DNA from: Gemmatimonadaceae bacterium | GTDB lineage: Bacteria; Gemmatimonadota; Gemmatimonadetes; Gemmatimonadales; Gemmatimonadaceae | Reading direction: 5' to 3' | DNA length: 64,000 nt | Assembly (NCBI GenBank): GCA_031360575.1 | Contig: JANMBU010000056.1 | Span: 1,376-65,375, forward strand | The notes under the pieces: generated by a model | The model's input: only the letters and a program-made list of their open reading frames with translations | What the model was told of the DNA's origin: nothing | The model's database searches: none | Translations under genes and position numbers: made by a program | Shown: one piece after another, positions 40,465-49,779 of the stretch | Layout: every line of letters starts with the position of its first letter | Position numbering within the stretch: position 1 is the stretch's first letter

Positions 40465-41909
40465 GTAGCCAGCCGCCAGTCGTCGACGAAACCCGCGCCA
40501 CCGATCCTCGCTCGGCCTCGGCGCTGCCGATGGAGCCTCACGACGGCGGCACGCTGTACATCACCGCCGAACACATTGCGGGAGCCGGTGCCGGCGCGCT
40601 CGCCAGCGGGCCGTTAGGGAGGACGCTCCTGCGGATCGCACTCCCCGCGGTCGCCTCGATGCTGCTGATGACGATCTTTTCCTCGGTCGATGCCTACTGG
40701 GTCGGCACGCGGATCGGATCGCCGGGACTCGCCGCGGTCACGGCCGCGGTATTCTGGATCTGGCTCATCGTCTCGATCGCCGAAATGGTCAGCGTCGGGC
40801 TGACCGCCGTGGCGGCCCGACGGCATGGCGAGGGCCGGCCCCTCGAAGCGGCGCGAACGAGTGGTGACGCGCTCCTGCTTGCGCTCGCACTCGGCATCGT
40901 GATCGGTAGCGCGGGATTGTTCGTACTCCCGTCGTTGTTCGCAGTCATGGGGACGCCGGCGGAGGTCACCGCCCTCGGCATGCGGTACCTCGGCACCTAT
41001 TTGGTGGGCGCGCCGCTGATCTTCGGCTTCTTCGTGGTCGACGCCACGTTCCGCGCTGCCGGGGACAGCCGCACCCCGTTCCTGCTCCTCTCGACATCCG
41101 TCATCGCAACGCTCGTCCTCGATCCGGTGCTGATCCTCGGCCTGCTCGGGGCGCCCTCGCTCGGGATCCGTGGTGCTGCGATTGCAACGCTGACGACGCG
41201 CGGCATCGTCTTCGCGATCGGACTGATGATACTGCGCCGCCGCCGGATGTTGACGCTCGGCGCACCGCGGCGCGCTGCAACGCTCGCCATCGTGCGCGTC
41301 GGGCTCCCGACAGCGGCGACCGGCGTGTTCTTCTCGCTGATCTACGTCGCAATCGCACGCATCGCGACCCCGTTCGGCACCCCCGCGCTCGCAGCGTTAG
41401 GCATCGGTCACCGGGTGGAGAGCTGGTTGTTCATGGTGGGGGTCGGCGTCGCCTCAGCGGTCGCGGCAGTCGTCGGCCAGAGCCTCGGCGCCGGCAACGT
41501 CGACCGCGCCGAGCGAGCCGGCTGGGTGTCCGTCGGCTTCGTCAGTGTAGTCGGGCTCGTGGTGTTTGCTGCGCAGTCGCTCTGGGCGCCGCAGCTGGCC
41601 GGGCTGTTCACCAGCGACCGGCTCGTCGTCGCCGAAGGCGCGCGCTACCTGCGGATCGCCGCGTGGTCGCAGCTGTTCATCTCGGCAGAGATCGTGCTCG
41701 AGGGCGCGTTAGGCGGCGCCGGCGCGACCTTTCCGCCGATGATAACGTCGACCTCCATTACCGCGTTGCGAATTCCACTCGCACTGCTCAGCGTCGCGCG
41801 TTGGGGTACCGCCGGACTCTGGTGGACGATATCCTTGACCGCGGTTGGACGGGCGGTGGCGATGATGGCTCTGTGGCGCTCGGGAGTTTGGAAACGCCGC
41901 GCCGTCTGA
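40461..41909 (+). CDS. MATE family efflux transporter
   Basis: 482 aa with 12 TM helices and 'LLRIALPAVASMLLMTIFSSVDAYWVG'. Confidence 0.85.
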   Translation: MSSQPPVVDETRATDPRSASALPMEPHDGGTLYITAEHIAGAGAGALASGPLGRTLLRIALPAVASMLLMTIFSSVDAYWVGTRIGSPGLAAVTAAVFWIWLIVSIAEMVSVGLTAVAARRHGEGRPLEAARTSGDALLLALALGIVIGSAGLFVLPSLFAVMGTPAEVTALGMRYLGTYLVGAPLIFGFFVVDATFRAAGDSRTPFLLLSTSVIATLVLDPVLILGLLGAPSLGIRGAAIATLTTRGIVFAIGLMILRRRRMLTLGAPRRAATLAIVRVGLPTAATGVFFSLIYVAIARIATPFGTPALAALGIGHRVESWLFMVGVGVASAVAAVVGQSLGAGNVDRAERAGWVSVGFVSVVGLVVFAAQSLWAPQLAGLFTSDRLVVAEGARYLRIAAWSQLFISAEIVLEGALGGAGATFPPMITSTSITALRIPLALLSVARWGTAGLWWTISLTAVGRAVAMMALWRSGVWKRRAV

Positions 41910-41949
41910 TAGTCGCAGCTAGACGCCGGCGAGGCGCCGGGGGGGGCAC

Positions 41950-42957
41950 TTATTGTGGCCCGCGCGCGGCGAGTGGCTGCGCGCGCTCGATCCGCTCGGT
42001 TGATGCCGCCCCTGGGCGGCCCTCGGTTCCGATGCGGCCCGCGTAGCTCGCGCCACGTTCCGGCTCTGCGCGCGCGGTGCCGCAATGCAGTTCCGACGCG
42101 AATTCGCCCCCGGACAGCAGCACGAGCATCGTGAGGTACATCCACGTGAGCAGGACGATCACGCCACCGATCGCGCCGTAGGTCTTGTTGTAGGAACCGA
42201 AATGCGCGACGTAGAGCCGGAACACTTCAGTCACGACCACCCACAGCACCGTCGCCACGAGCGCGCCAGCAAGCACGTGCGACGCTCGCTGCCTGACGTT
42301 AGGCAGGAAGTAGTAGAGGAGCCAGGTGGCGCCGACGAGAATCCCCAGCGCCAGGGGGATCTGCACGACCGACCAGATCTGCGTGACGGCATGGCTGAGT
42401 CCAAGAACGGTGCCCGCCCAGTCGGCGATCTGGCCGCCACCCAGCATGACAGTGGTTGCGGCAATCATGACGCCGCCGGCGACGACGAGCGCCGCCAGCC
42501 GAAGCAGCTGCTGGCGCAGCCATGGTCGCGTTTCGCGGACGTCGTAGGCGGTGTTGAGCGCGTTCATCAGCGCCCCGAAGATGTTCGAACCGGCCCATGC
42601 TGCGAGCAGCGCGCCGATCGACATCGCCGCCGGCGCGCTCGGGCTCAGCACCACGTCATTCACCACGCTGGATACCAACTCGACCGCGCTCGATGGAACC
42701 GCAGTGGCAAGATGGGCGACGAGCCAGTTGACGATCTGCTGCTTGTTGCCGACCAGCGCGAGCATCGGCGCGACGAACAACAGCAGCGGGAACAGTGAGA
42801 AGAAGAAGTAGTACGCGGTCTGGGCGGCGAGTCCGAGGACATTGTCCTCCATGATCTCCCGGCCAGTCTTCTTCAGCAGCGGCCAGATGCGATAGCCGCC
42901 GATCGTGAGGCGCTCCTTTTCCATGCGCCTGAAGGGGGCAATCGCCGGGCCAGCCAC
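41950..42957 (-). CDS. YihY/BrkB family membrane protein
   Basis: 335 aa with 'LAAQTAYYFFFSLFPLLLF' and a C-terminal 'LSGGEFASEL'. The GTG start shares 1 nt with the upstream TAG. Confidence 0.8.
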   Translation of the reverse strand: MAGPAIAPFRRMEKERLTIGGYRIWPLLKKTGREIMEDNVLGLAAQTAYYFFFSLFPLLLFVAPMLALVGNKQQIVNWLVAHLATAVPSSAVELVSSVVNDVVLSPSAPAAMSIGALLAAWAGSNIFGALMNALNTAYDVRETRPWLRQQLLRLAALVVAGGVMIAATTVMLGGGQIADWAGTVLGLSHAVTQIWSVVQIPLALGILVGATWLLYYFLPNVRQRASHVLAGALVATVLWVVVTEVFRLYVAHFGSYNKTYGAIGGVIVLLTWMYLTMLVLLSGGEFASELHCGTARAEPERGASYAGRIGTEGRPGAASTERIERAQPLAARGPQ

Positions 42958-43811
42958 TACGGCTCGGAGTGATTCACCTCGAGGCTCCCAAACGCTGCGT
43001 TGACGACGACCGTCACGTGTCTCGCACTTTCGTTCCAGTTGGGCGTGAGCCAGGCATCGTTCGTCCGCGTGAATCCCTGCAGCTTGAAGTTCGCCAGCTT
43101 CGTCTCCGCCTGCACCTTCACGCCGACAGATCGTGGAACCTGGATCTTCAGCCCGCCGAACGCCACGTGCGCATTGATCTTCACATCGTGCATCACGGTG
43201 TCGCCGAAGTTCAGCGCGACGCCGTCCATCCCGCCGTTGATGTCGATTTGCGAGACATTGGCGTTCCCGAGATTCTCGAATTTGACCCCGCCGAGGCCGA
43301 CATCGACGCTCAGTTCGTCCATCACGATCGCGTTTGGCGTGGAGAAGCGCACATTTCCGCCAGCGAGTCCCATGTTCAACTTCAGGGACTTGACGCGCAT
43401 TCCCCCCAGCTCCAGGTCGGCTGTCGCGCCGCCAAGGTTCAGCTCCAGCTTCATCGGGACAGTAGGATTCAGGCCAACGGTCATGTTTCCTGAATCGTCA
43501 CGATTCATCGAATGCAGCGCGCGCCATCCGACGTTAGCCTTGGTCATGCCCAGCGTGAGCTGATGCTGCGCGGCGTCGAACTCGTGCACTGCGTCGGATG
43601 ACTGTTCGTCGTAATGCAGGTGCATCTGGTAGAGCAGTGCCCCAGTGAGGGGCCGCAGCTCGAACTTGCCGCCGGCAAACGTCAAGGAAACGCGCGTCTG
43701 CTCCGTGTTCGCGAGTTGGCGAGCCGACTCGATCGTGCGCCACTGCTGTCCTTCCGCCGCGATGGGCATTAGCGCAACAGCCAGCGCGAGATAGATCATT
43801 CTCGTACGCAT
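42957..43811 (-). CDS. secreted toastrack (DUF2154/LiaF C-terminal-like) domain protein
   Basis: ATG 43811 is followed by the signal 'MIYLALAVALMPIAAEGQ'. Repeated beta units are present: 'LELNLGGATADLELG', 'LKLNMGLAGGNVRF', 'VDVGLGGVKFENLG' and 'AHVAFGGLKIQVP'. Confidence 0.65.
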   Translation of the reverse strand: MRTRMIYLALAVALMPIAAEGQQWRTIESARQLANTEQTRVSLTFAGGKFELRPLTGALLYQMHLHYDEQSSDAVHEFDAAQHQLTLGMTKANVGWRALHSMNRDDSGNMTVGLNPTVPMKLELNLGGATADLELGGMRVKSLKLNMGLAGGNVRFSTPNAIVMDELSVDVGLGGVKFENLGNANVSQIDINGGMDGVALNFGDTVMHDVKINAHVAFGGLKIQVPRSVGVKVQAETKLANFKLQGFTRTNDAWLTPNWNESARHVTVVVNAAFGSLEVNHSEP

Positions 43812-45211
43812 CACGCCTCGGGGGTATTCGTTGCCTGACGGCGAGCCGCGGCGATGCCGCTGATCGGTGTCGGAGTTTGCCAACCAAGCTCGCTCGCGGC
43901 GTCGGGCGCGGCGACCGGCGACGGAGCAGGACGACCGCCGCCGCGGGTGATCACCGCAGCCCCGAGTCCCACCGTCACCGCCGCCCAGGTGACGACGAAC
44001 GCGAGCGCGTGAAGCAGCGGGCCGAGCACCGGCACCCAGCTGAGAATTGCCGCGACCAGCCAGAGTCCGAAGAAGAAGAAAAGTCCCGCCAGCATCGATC
44101 GAAGCTCAGCCCCGCGGACACTCACCGTCGCCGCGCGCCGCGTCAGCGCCTGACCCGCAACGCGCGAGACCGCGAGGAAGCCGAGCACGGCCAGCAGCGC
44201 GCCGACGACGAAAATTCCCGGGACGACGACAGGGAGCAAGATGATCCCGATGATCGTGATCACCAGCAAGACGATCGACAGGACGAGCACCGGAATGAAC
44301 GAGACCTCGGCGAGAAGCCCGGCGAACAATGAGCGGCCGAATCGCGCTTCGATCGTTGCCGCAACTATCCGGAGCCGGTCCTCGGCGAACACCATCGCGC
44401 CGAAGCCGAGGAGAACCATCGCCACCAGCCATCCCATCGCGATCTGCAGCTCATCGAGAATCGACAGGAATCCCGACGACGACGCGGCAGCCGCCGCAGT
44501 GGGCGCGACGGCTCGATCTGTCGAACGTAGCTCACCGTCGATAGTGCCGCCGTCGAGCCGCACGGTACCACCAACCGACAGCGCGTCACCGGTAATGTGA
44601 CCGCCCTTGTGCACGACCACGTCGCCGTTCAATGACACGGCGTTCCCGTTCACTCTCCCGAACACATCGAGTTGGCCTGTTGCTGCGACGCGCCCGATCA
44701 CAGCGCCCTGGGTCACTGCGAATGCGCCGCGAACGATGCTGTCTGCTGGGGGGAGCTCGATGCCCTGCGGGTCCTGGCGCACGCGCGTGAAGAGCTTATC
44801 GAGATCTCGCGGCGATAGCATGCGATGCGTGCGCGAGCGGTTCCCGTCGAGTTCCTCGCCGTGGCGAGCCGACTCACCCTGCAACTGGCCGAGCTGGCCC
44901 TGCAGCCCGCCCAGTCGCCCTTCGAGCGCACCGAGCCGTCCCTGGAGATAGCCGATCCGCCCCGGTGGAATTCCCTTCATGCGCGCGCTCGTCATCTCGC
45001 CCGCGATCAGGTTGATGCTATCAGTCAGGAGCTTGAGATCGCGCGAGAGCGACGAATCATTCCACCCGATCTGATCGCCGTATTTTACGATCTGGATGCG
45101 TTCGGCCGTCGGTGGATTCGGCGGACGCCCTGGTGCGCCTGCTGCCTGCGCGCCGAGTGGCCGACCGAGACCGAATGCGGTGATGAGGAGAGCGCCGAGT
45201 GCAGCTCGCAT
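43811..45211 (-). CDS. membrane protein with signal peptide, G/L/Q repeat, bactofilin-like beta-helix region and 4 C-terminal TM helices
   Basis: 466 aa with 'LQGRLGALEGRLGGLQGQLGQLQGE' and 'GRVNGNAVSLNGDVVVHKGGHITGDALSVGGTVRLDGGTIDGEL'. Hydrophobic helices are near the C-terminus. The ATG shares 1 nt with the anti-sigma TGA. Confidence 0.6.
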   Translation of the reverse strand: MRAALGALLITAFGLGRPLGAQAAGAPGRPPNPPTAERIQIVKYGDQIGWNDSSLSRDLKLLTDSINLIAGEMTSARMKGIPPGRIGYLQGRLGALEGRLGGLQGQLGQLQGESARHGEELDGNRSRTHRMLSPRDLDKLFTRVRQDPQGIELPPADSIVRGAFAVTQGAVIGRVAATGQLDVFGRVNGNAVSLNGDVVVHKGGHITGDALSVGGTVRLDGGTIDGELRSTDRAVAPTAAAAASSSGFLSILDELQIAMGWLVAMVLLGFGAMVFAEDRLRIVAATIEARFGRSLFAGLLAEVSFIPVLVLSIVLLVITIIGIILLPVVVPGIFVVGALLAVLGFLAVSRVAGQALTRRAATVSVRGAELRSMLAGLFFFFGLWLVAAILSWVPVLGPLLHALAFVVTWAAVTVGLGAAVITRGGGRPAPSPVAAPDAASELGWQTPTPISGIAAARRQATNTPEA

Positions 45212-45807
45212 CAGAAACCTCCCGAACGCCGAGATGAAGCAGCGGCCAAACGACGTACCCCGAGCACTGCGCCGGTTGCGGCGATAATGAGCGCGAGCGT
45301 CGAAACGACCAGCCCCGCAGTGCCCATCGCGCGAAACACGCCTAACGCGACGGGACCGAAGGCGGCGCCGACGAGAGCCTCAGCGGCGCTTTCCGCGATG
45401 ACGCGGCCGCGTCCGATCGCACTTCCCGAGAGCAACGTCAGCAGATCAATCCGCGTCCCGATCCAGAGGGAGACGACGCCCAGCACCGAGGCGGCGATAG
45501 CGCCGACTGCGCCGGCGGCGATCCTCGCCGGCAGCGACCGCGGAACGAACCGATGCACCGAGTCACGAGCCGCGACATGCCAGGGCTGGAATACCTGGAC
45601 CTGGGCCATCACCCGCTCGGCAAACAGCGACGAGGGAGCGAGATGGGGAATTTCCTCGAGGGCGTTCACTACCACGAGCGCGTCGTCGACCTTCGCGCGG
45701 CACTCGGCGCACTGGCGGACATGGGCGCGCAGCGGGGCAACGCCGAAGCCGACGTCGCCGTCGACGATGAGGTCGATTTCGTTGGGCAGCAGATGGCGAT
45801 TGATCAC
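45211..45807 (-). CDS. anti-sigma factor (zf-HC2 type) with membrane-spanning C-terminal half
   Basis: 198 aa with 'HVRQCAECRAKVDD'. GTG start with GGAGGA upstream. Lies directly downstream of the ECF sigma gene. Confidence 0.7.
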   Translation of the reverse strand: MINRHLLPNEIDLIVDGDVGFGVAPLRAHVRQCAECRAKVDDALVVVNALEEIPHLAPSSLFAERVMAQVQVFQPWHVAARDSVHRFVPRSLPARIAAGAVGAIAASVLGVVSLWIGTRIDLLTLLSGSAIGRGRVIAESAAEALVGAAFGPVALGVFRAMGTAGLVVSTLALIIAATGAVLGVRRLAAASSRRSGGF

Positions 45808-45901
45808 AGGATATCCTCCGCAGCCTCGTACGCGTTAGACGCGGCACCGGTTTCAGCAGATTCCGTGAATCGCGTGATGGCAGTCACCGCAGCCGAGTGA
45901 A

Positions 45902-46501
45902 TCATCGCGCGTTCTCCAGCGCCTTGCGAAGCTCGTGGCGCGCCCGGTGGATGTAAGTCTTGACGGTCCCCAGTGGCAAGTCGAGGGTCGCCGCTATTTC
46001 CTCGTACGAGCGGTCCTCGACATGGCGCAGCATGATGCAAGCGCGGTACTCGGGGCGCAGCCCCGCGATTGCTTGCTCGATCGCCGTGCCGAGTTCCTTT
46101 GCCTCGAGGGCCTCGAGCGCCGACTCGCCGTGTGACGCGAGCTCGAACGAGGTCGCCTTGATCTGGGACGCCGTCGTGGCATCGGGGGAGCCATCGACGC
46201 TGATCGTCGCCACGCGGCGTTTGCGCAGGTGATCGATCGCCAAATTGTTCGCGATCTTGAACAGCCAACTGGAGAACTTGAAGGCTGGATCGTACTTGTC
46301 GATGTTGTTGAGAACCTTGATGAAGGTCTCCTGCGACAGGTCTTCCGACGTCGTGCGGTCGCGGCACATTCGGAAGACGAGCGAGAATACCGGTCGCTCG
46401 TAGCGCCGGATCAGCTCGCGGAACGCGACTTCGCGGCCCTCCTGCGCGAGGGCGACGACATCGGCGTCGGGGAGGTTCTGAAGTTCGAGAGAAGATGACA
46501 T
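45902..46501 (-). CDS. ECF-type RNA polymerase sigma-70 family factor
   Basis: 199 aa with region 2 'FRELIRRYERPVFSLVFRMCRD...DLSQETFIKV' and region 4 'SYEEIAATLDLPLGTVKTYIHRARHELR'. Confidence 0.9.
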   Translation of the reverse strand: MSSSLELQNLPDADVVALAQEGREVAFRELIRRYERPVFSLVFRMCRDRTTSEDLSQETFIKVLNNIDKYDPAFKFSSWLFKIANNLAIDHLRKRRVATISVDGSPDATTASQIKATSFELASHGESALEALEAKELGTAIEQAIAGLRPEYRACIMLRHVEDRSYEEIAATLDLPLGTVKTYIHRARHELRKALENAR

Positions 46502-46609
46502 GCGTGGCGGCGCGGCCGCGCGAGCAAACTAGCCCGAATGCGGCGACGCGGCCAGCACGGATGTCTGCAGACGCTTGCTGTTGTCGTGCAGCCCGACGAG
46601 CTTTGGGCC

Positions 46610-47380
46610 ATGCCGCCATCACCGATGACCCCATTGCCTCCCGAGGAATCCGACGCTCGGGTCGTCGCCGATGCAGCGTCAGGCGGATCGGGAAAACGCG
46701 ACTATGTCCGCTCGGTCTTCGAGCAGATCGCGCCGAGCTATGATCTGCTCAACCACCTCTTCAGCCTGAACATCGATCGGCTCTGGCGCCGTCGTGCGGT
46801 GAAGCTGCTCGGCTGGGAGCGCCATCCGTCGGCGACCTATCTCGATCTTTGTGCTGGCACGATGGACGTCGCGGCCGAGCTGATTCGAACGGATGGCTTC
46901 ACCGGCCGCGTCATCGCCGCGGACTTCGCTGAGCCAATGCTGCGCGGCGGCCGCGGCAAGATGCCGCGCGGCACGGCCGCGGCGGTCGTTGCCGATGCCC
47001 TCGTCCTGCCATTGCGCGACGCCAGCGTAGCGGGCGCGCTGGTCGCTTTCGGCGCGCGTAACCTCGCGGACCTCGATGCGGGGCTTCGCGAGGCACGGCG
47101 CGTACTGATTCCGGGCGGACGGTTCGTGGTCCTCGAGTTCACGACGCCGCGGTCGTGGATCGTGCGCGCCGCATATCACGCGTATTTCCACCACCTGCTT
47201 CCATTCATCGGGGGCGTCGTGAGCGGGCACCGGACCGCGTATAAATATCTCCCGGAATCAGTCGCCCGCTTTCCGGCGGAGGACGAACTCGCCGACCGGC
47301 TGCGAAGCGCCGGGTTCGCGAACGTGACGTACCAGTCGCTGAGCTTCGGAATCGCCGCGCTGCACGTCGGCACGCGCTGA
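46610..47380 (+). CDS. ubiE: demethylmenaquinone/ubiquinone C-methyltransferase (UbiE/MenG family)
   Basis: Contains 'VFEQIAPSYDLLNHLFSLNIDRLWRR' and the SAM motif 'LDLCAGT'. I prefer ATG 46610 over the ORF-track start at 46538. Confidence 0.85.
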   Translation: MPPSPMTPLPPEESDARVVADAASGGSGKRDYVRSVFEQIAPSYDLLNHLFSLNIDRLWRRRAVKLLGWERHPSATYLDLCAGTMDVAAELIRTDGFTGRVIAADFAEPMLRGGRGKMPRGTAAAVVADALVLPLRDASVAGALVAFGARNLADLDAGLREARRVLIPGGRFVVLEFTTPRSWIVRAAYHAYFHHLLPFIGGVVSGHRTAYKYLPESVARFPAEDELADRLRSAGFANVTYQSLSFGIAALHVGTR

Positions 47381-47865
47381 TGGCTGGGGCGGGCGCGCAT
47401 CGGATCGGCCTCGTCTCCGACACGCACGGGATGCTCAGGCCGGAAGTGTTCAGTGCGCTCGAAGGTGTCGAGCTTATTTTTCACGCCGGCGACGTCGGGC
47501 CGGACGAGTTGCTCGCCCGTCTGGAGACAATCGCGCCGGTACAGGCCGTCTTCGGCAACACCGATTCGCCGGGACGCCTGCGGTTGCAGGAGGCGATCGA
47601 CACGAGCATCGGCGGTGTCCGGATTCACGTCAGTCACGGGCACGAACTCGGCTTGCCCAACCCTCTGCGGCTGGTCGCCGCTTACGACGCCGATGTCATC
47701 GTGTATGGACACACGCACCGCCAGCTCATCGAGCGAATCGGAGCGCAGCTCGTCGTGAATCCGGGGGCAGCCGGGGCGCGTCGATTCAACCTTGTCCCAA
47801 GCGTGGCGATTCTCACGATCGACGATGGAGAGGCCGACGTATCGCTCGTTCCGCTCGCGGGCTGA
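47380..47865 (+). CDS. YfcE/MJ0936-family metallophosphoesterase
   Basis: 161 aa with 'VSDTHG', 'HAGD', 'GNTD', 'HGH' and 'GHTH'. The ATG overlaps the ubiE TGA. Confidence 0.85.
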   Translation: MAGAGAHRIGLVSDTHGMLRPEVFSALEGVELIFHAGDVGPDELLARLETIAPVQAVFGNTDSPGRLRLQEAIDTSIGGVRIHVSHGHELGLPNPLRLVAAYDADVIVYGHTHRQLIERIGAQLVVNPGAAGARRFNLVPSVAILTIDDGEADVSLVPLAG

Positions 47866-47886
47866 AGGTCGCGGCCGAGCGCCGGT

Positions 47887-48117
47887 TTACATCTCGCGAA
47901 AGTGCGACGCGGGGTAGAGATAGTCGTCACCCGAGTCATCGACGATCCGGTAGAACGATCCGTTCGCCTCGACAGCGAGGAGGGAATAAATCCTGCCTAA
48001 CGTGAGGTCGTGGCAACCCCCGGGTTCGTCGCACCCCGGGTAGGTAAGCCACGGTTGGACACTCACGCATTGTACGATCGTCGTTGGCTGCCAGGTCGTG
48101 GCCATGCCGGCCTCCAT
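47887..48117 (-). CDS. small hypothetical protein
   Basis: About 76 aa counted from the internal ATG ('MEAGMATTWQPTT...DDSGDDYLYPASHFREM'). I recognise no family. The longer ORF version would overlap the SET-domain gene start region. Confidence 0.4.
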   Translation of the reverse strand: MEAGMATTWQPTTIVQCVSVQPWLTYPGCDEPGGCHDLTLGRIYSLLAVEANGSFYRIVDDSGDDYLYPASHFREM

Positions 48118-48200
48118 TGCGTTCCGCCATCCCGCGCGCGCTCCTTCAACGCGGTTCCGAGCCGCCAATTGTGCAAGAGACTCGCCAGATCCGCTCGAGT

Positions 48201-48659
48201 GTGCGTGCCAGCACATTAGCCGTCGAGATTCGCGCATCGGCGATCCAGGGACTCGGTGCATTCGCCACCGAATCAATCGCTGCTGGCGTGCGCCTCATCG
48301 AATATTCAGGCGAACGCCTGACCCCCGCCGAGGCTGACGCCCGCTATCCGGACGTCGAGGGCGAGCGGCACCACACCTTCCTCTTCGCGATCGACGACGA
48401 TGTCGTCATCGACGCCGCGAACGGAGGAAATGCGGCGCGGTTCATCAACCATTCCTGCGACCCGAACTGCGATGCCGTGGTCGAGGATGGGCGAATCTGG
48501 ATCGAGACGATCCGCGAAGTGGCCGCCGGGGACGAGATGGCGTACGACTACGCGTACGTGCTGGAGGAGCGGCATACCGCGGCGGCCAGGCGACGGTATC
48601 CCTGTTCGTGCGGTGCGTCGACCTGTCGCGGTACAATCCTCGCTCGCAAGCGCCGTTAG
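48201..48659 (+). CDS. SET domain protein (putative protein-lysine methyltransferase)
   Basis: Contains 'IQGLGAFATE', 'AARFINHSCDPNC', 'YDY' and post-SET 'CSCGASTCRG'. The start is uncertain (GTG 48201 or ORF-track 48084). Confidence 0.75.
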   Translation: MRASTLAVEIRASAIQGLGAFATESIAAGVRLIEYSGERLTPAEADARYPDVEGERHHTFLFAIDDDVVIDAANGGNAARFINHSCDPNCDAVVEDGRIWIETIREVAAGDEMAYDYAYVLEERHTAAARRRYPCSCGASTCRGTILARKRR

Positions 48660-49726
48660 GCTATTCGCAGTTTCCGCTTCCGGGCGAGCGTATGCTGTGC
48701 GGTCCGCTCGAGTTCGTCGGGATAACGGCGGAACCAGGAGGAGAGCAGCAGCAGCTCATCGATTTCGTGCGTCGGCACCGAGGCGCCTTCGAACTGCACT
48801 CCATTGAAGACGTCGTCAGCGAGTGCGAGCAGGTCGGCGCGCTCTGACGGAGTTGTCGGCGCCGGGCGCTCGGCGCGAACGCGACCACGTCGGACGAGGT
48901 AGACGCGGTCGTCGCCACCGTGTCCCGGGACCGGATAGAGAAACGAAAGGGTCTCCACTGCGAAGCGGAAGCGAATGAACTGCTCGCGCAGCCCCTCGAG
49001 GCGCCCCAGCTTGTCACGGAGCGAAGCAGCGCGCTCGAATTCCATACGGTCGCTGCTGGCGAGCATCTCCCCTCGCAGTGCGGCGAGTGGCGAATCGTCG
49101 ATCCCCTCGAGGAAGGAGCGCGCCATGCGCACTCGGGTGCCATATTCATCCACCGTGCACGCCCCCACGCAGGGCCCGAGACACTTCCGGATTTCAAAGC
49201 GAAGGCATCCCGGTGTTCGCGGCGCGAATTCGAAGAGTTCCGGCTGATCGGCGAAGTGCATTTTGCGGTCGCTGCCGCAGTCGCGAAGGCCGAGCGCGTC
49301 GTTCAGCTCGCGGACCGCCTCATTCACGCGCTGGGCCCCGTGAAACGGGCCGTAGTAAATGTCCGCCGCTTCATCGTTCGCTCCGCGGACCACGAGCAGC
49401 TTGCTCGCCGGGCCGCGGGTGACCTTGATGAACGCGAAGTGTCGCGCGTCGCGCTTCATCGCAACGTTCATCCGCGGACGGAATTTCTTGATCAGCTGTA
49501 GTTCGGCGAGCAGCGCCGCGAACTCGCTCGGCGTGTACTCCCAGTCGATTGACGCCGCGTTACGCACGATCCGCGCTCCCTTTTCCCCGGGTTCGCAGCG
49601 GAAATAACTCAGCAGGCGGGTTCGTACTCGCTTCGACTTCCCGACGTAGACTATTTCACCGTCGGCCGACGTCATGCGGTAGACCCCGGGACGATCCTCA
49701 CACCGAGCGCGAACGTCAGCGCGCAT
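48656..49726 (-). CDS. UvrC N-terminal-half homologue (GIY-YIG + UVR domains; Cho-like excinuclease)
   Basis: Has the GIY-YIG block 'PGVYRMTSADGEIVYVGKSKRVRTRLLSYF', a Cys-rich 'CLGPCVGAC' and UVR-like 'FERAASLRDKLGRLEGL'. It is too short to carry the C-terminal RNaseH-like/HhH endonuclease half. Alternative starts are at 49792 and 49855. Confidence 0.7.
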   Translation of the reverse strand: MRADVRARCEDRPGVYRMTSADGEIVYVGKSKRVRTRLLSYFRCEPGEKGARIVRNAASIDWEYTPSEFAALLAELQLIKKFRPRMNVAMKRDARHFAFIKVTRGPASKLLVVRGANDEAADIYYGPFHGAQRVNEAVRELNDALGLRDCGSDRKMHFADQPELFEFAPRTPGCLRFEIRKCLGPCVGACTVDEYGTRVRMARSFLEGIDDSPLAALRGEMLASSDRMEFERAASLRDKLGRLEGLREQFIRFRFAVETLSFLYPVPGHGGDDRVYLVRRGRVRAERPAPTTPSERADLLALADDVFNGVQFEGASVPTHEIDELLLLSSWFRRYPDELERTAQHTLARKRKLRIA

Positions 49727-49779
49727 CGCCGCGACCTGCTCATCGCTGGTCGCGGGGCAGAAGTCAGCCGGTCGTCGCT

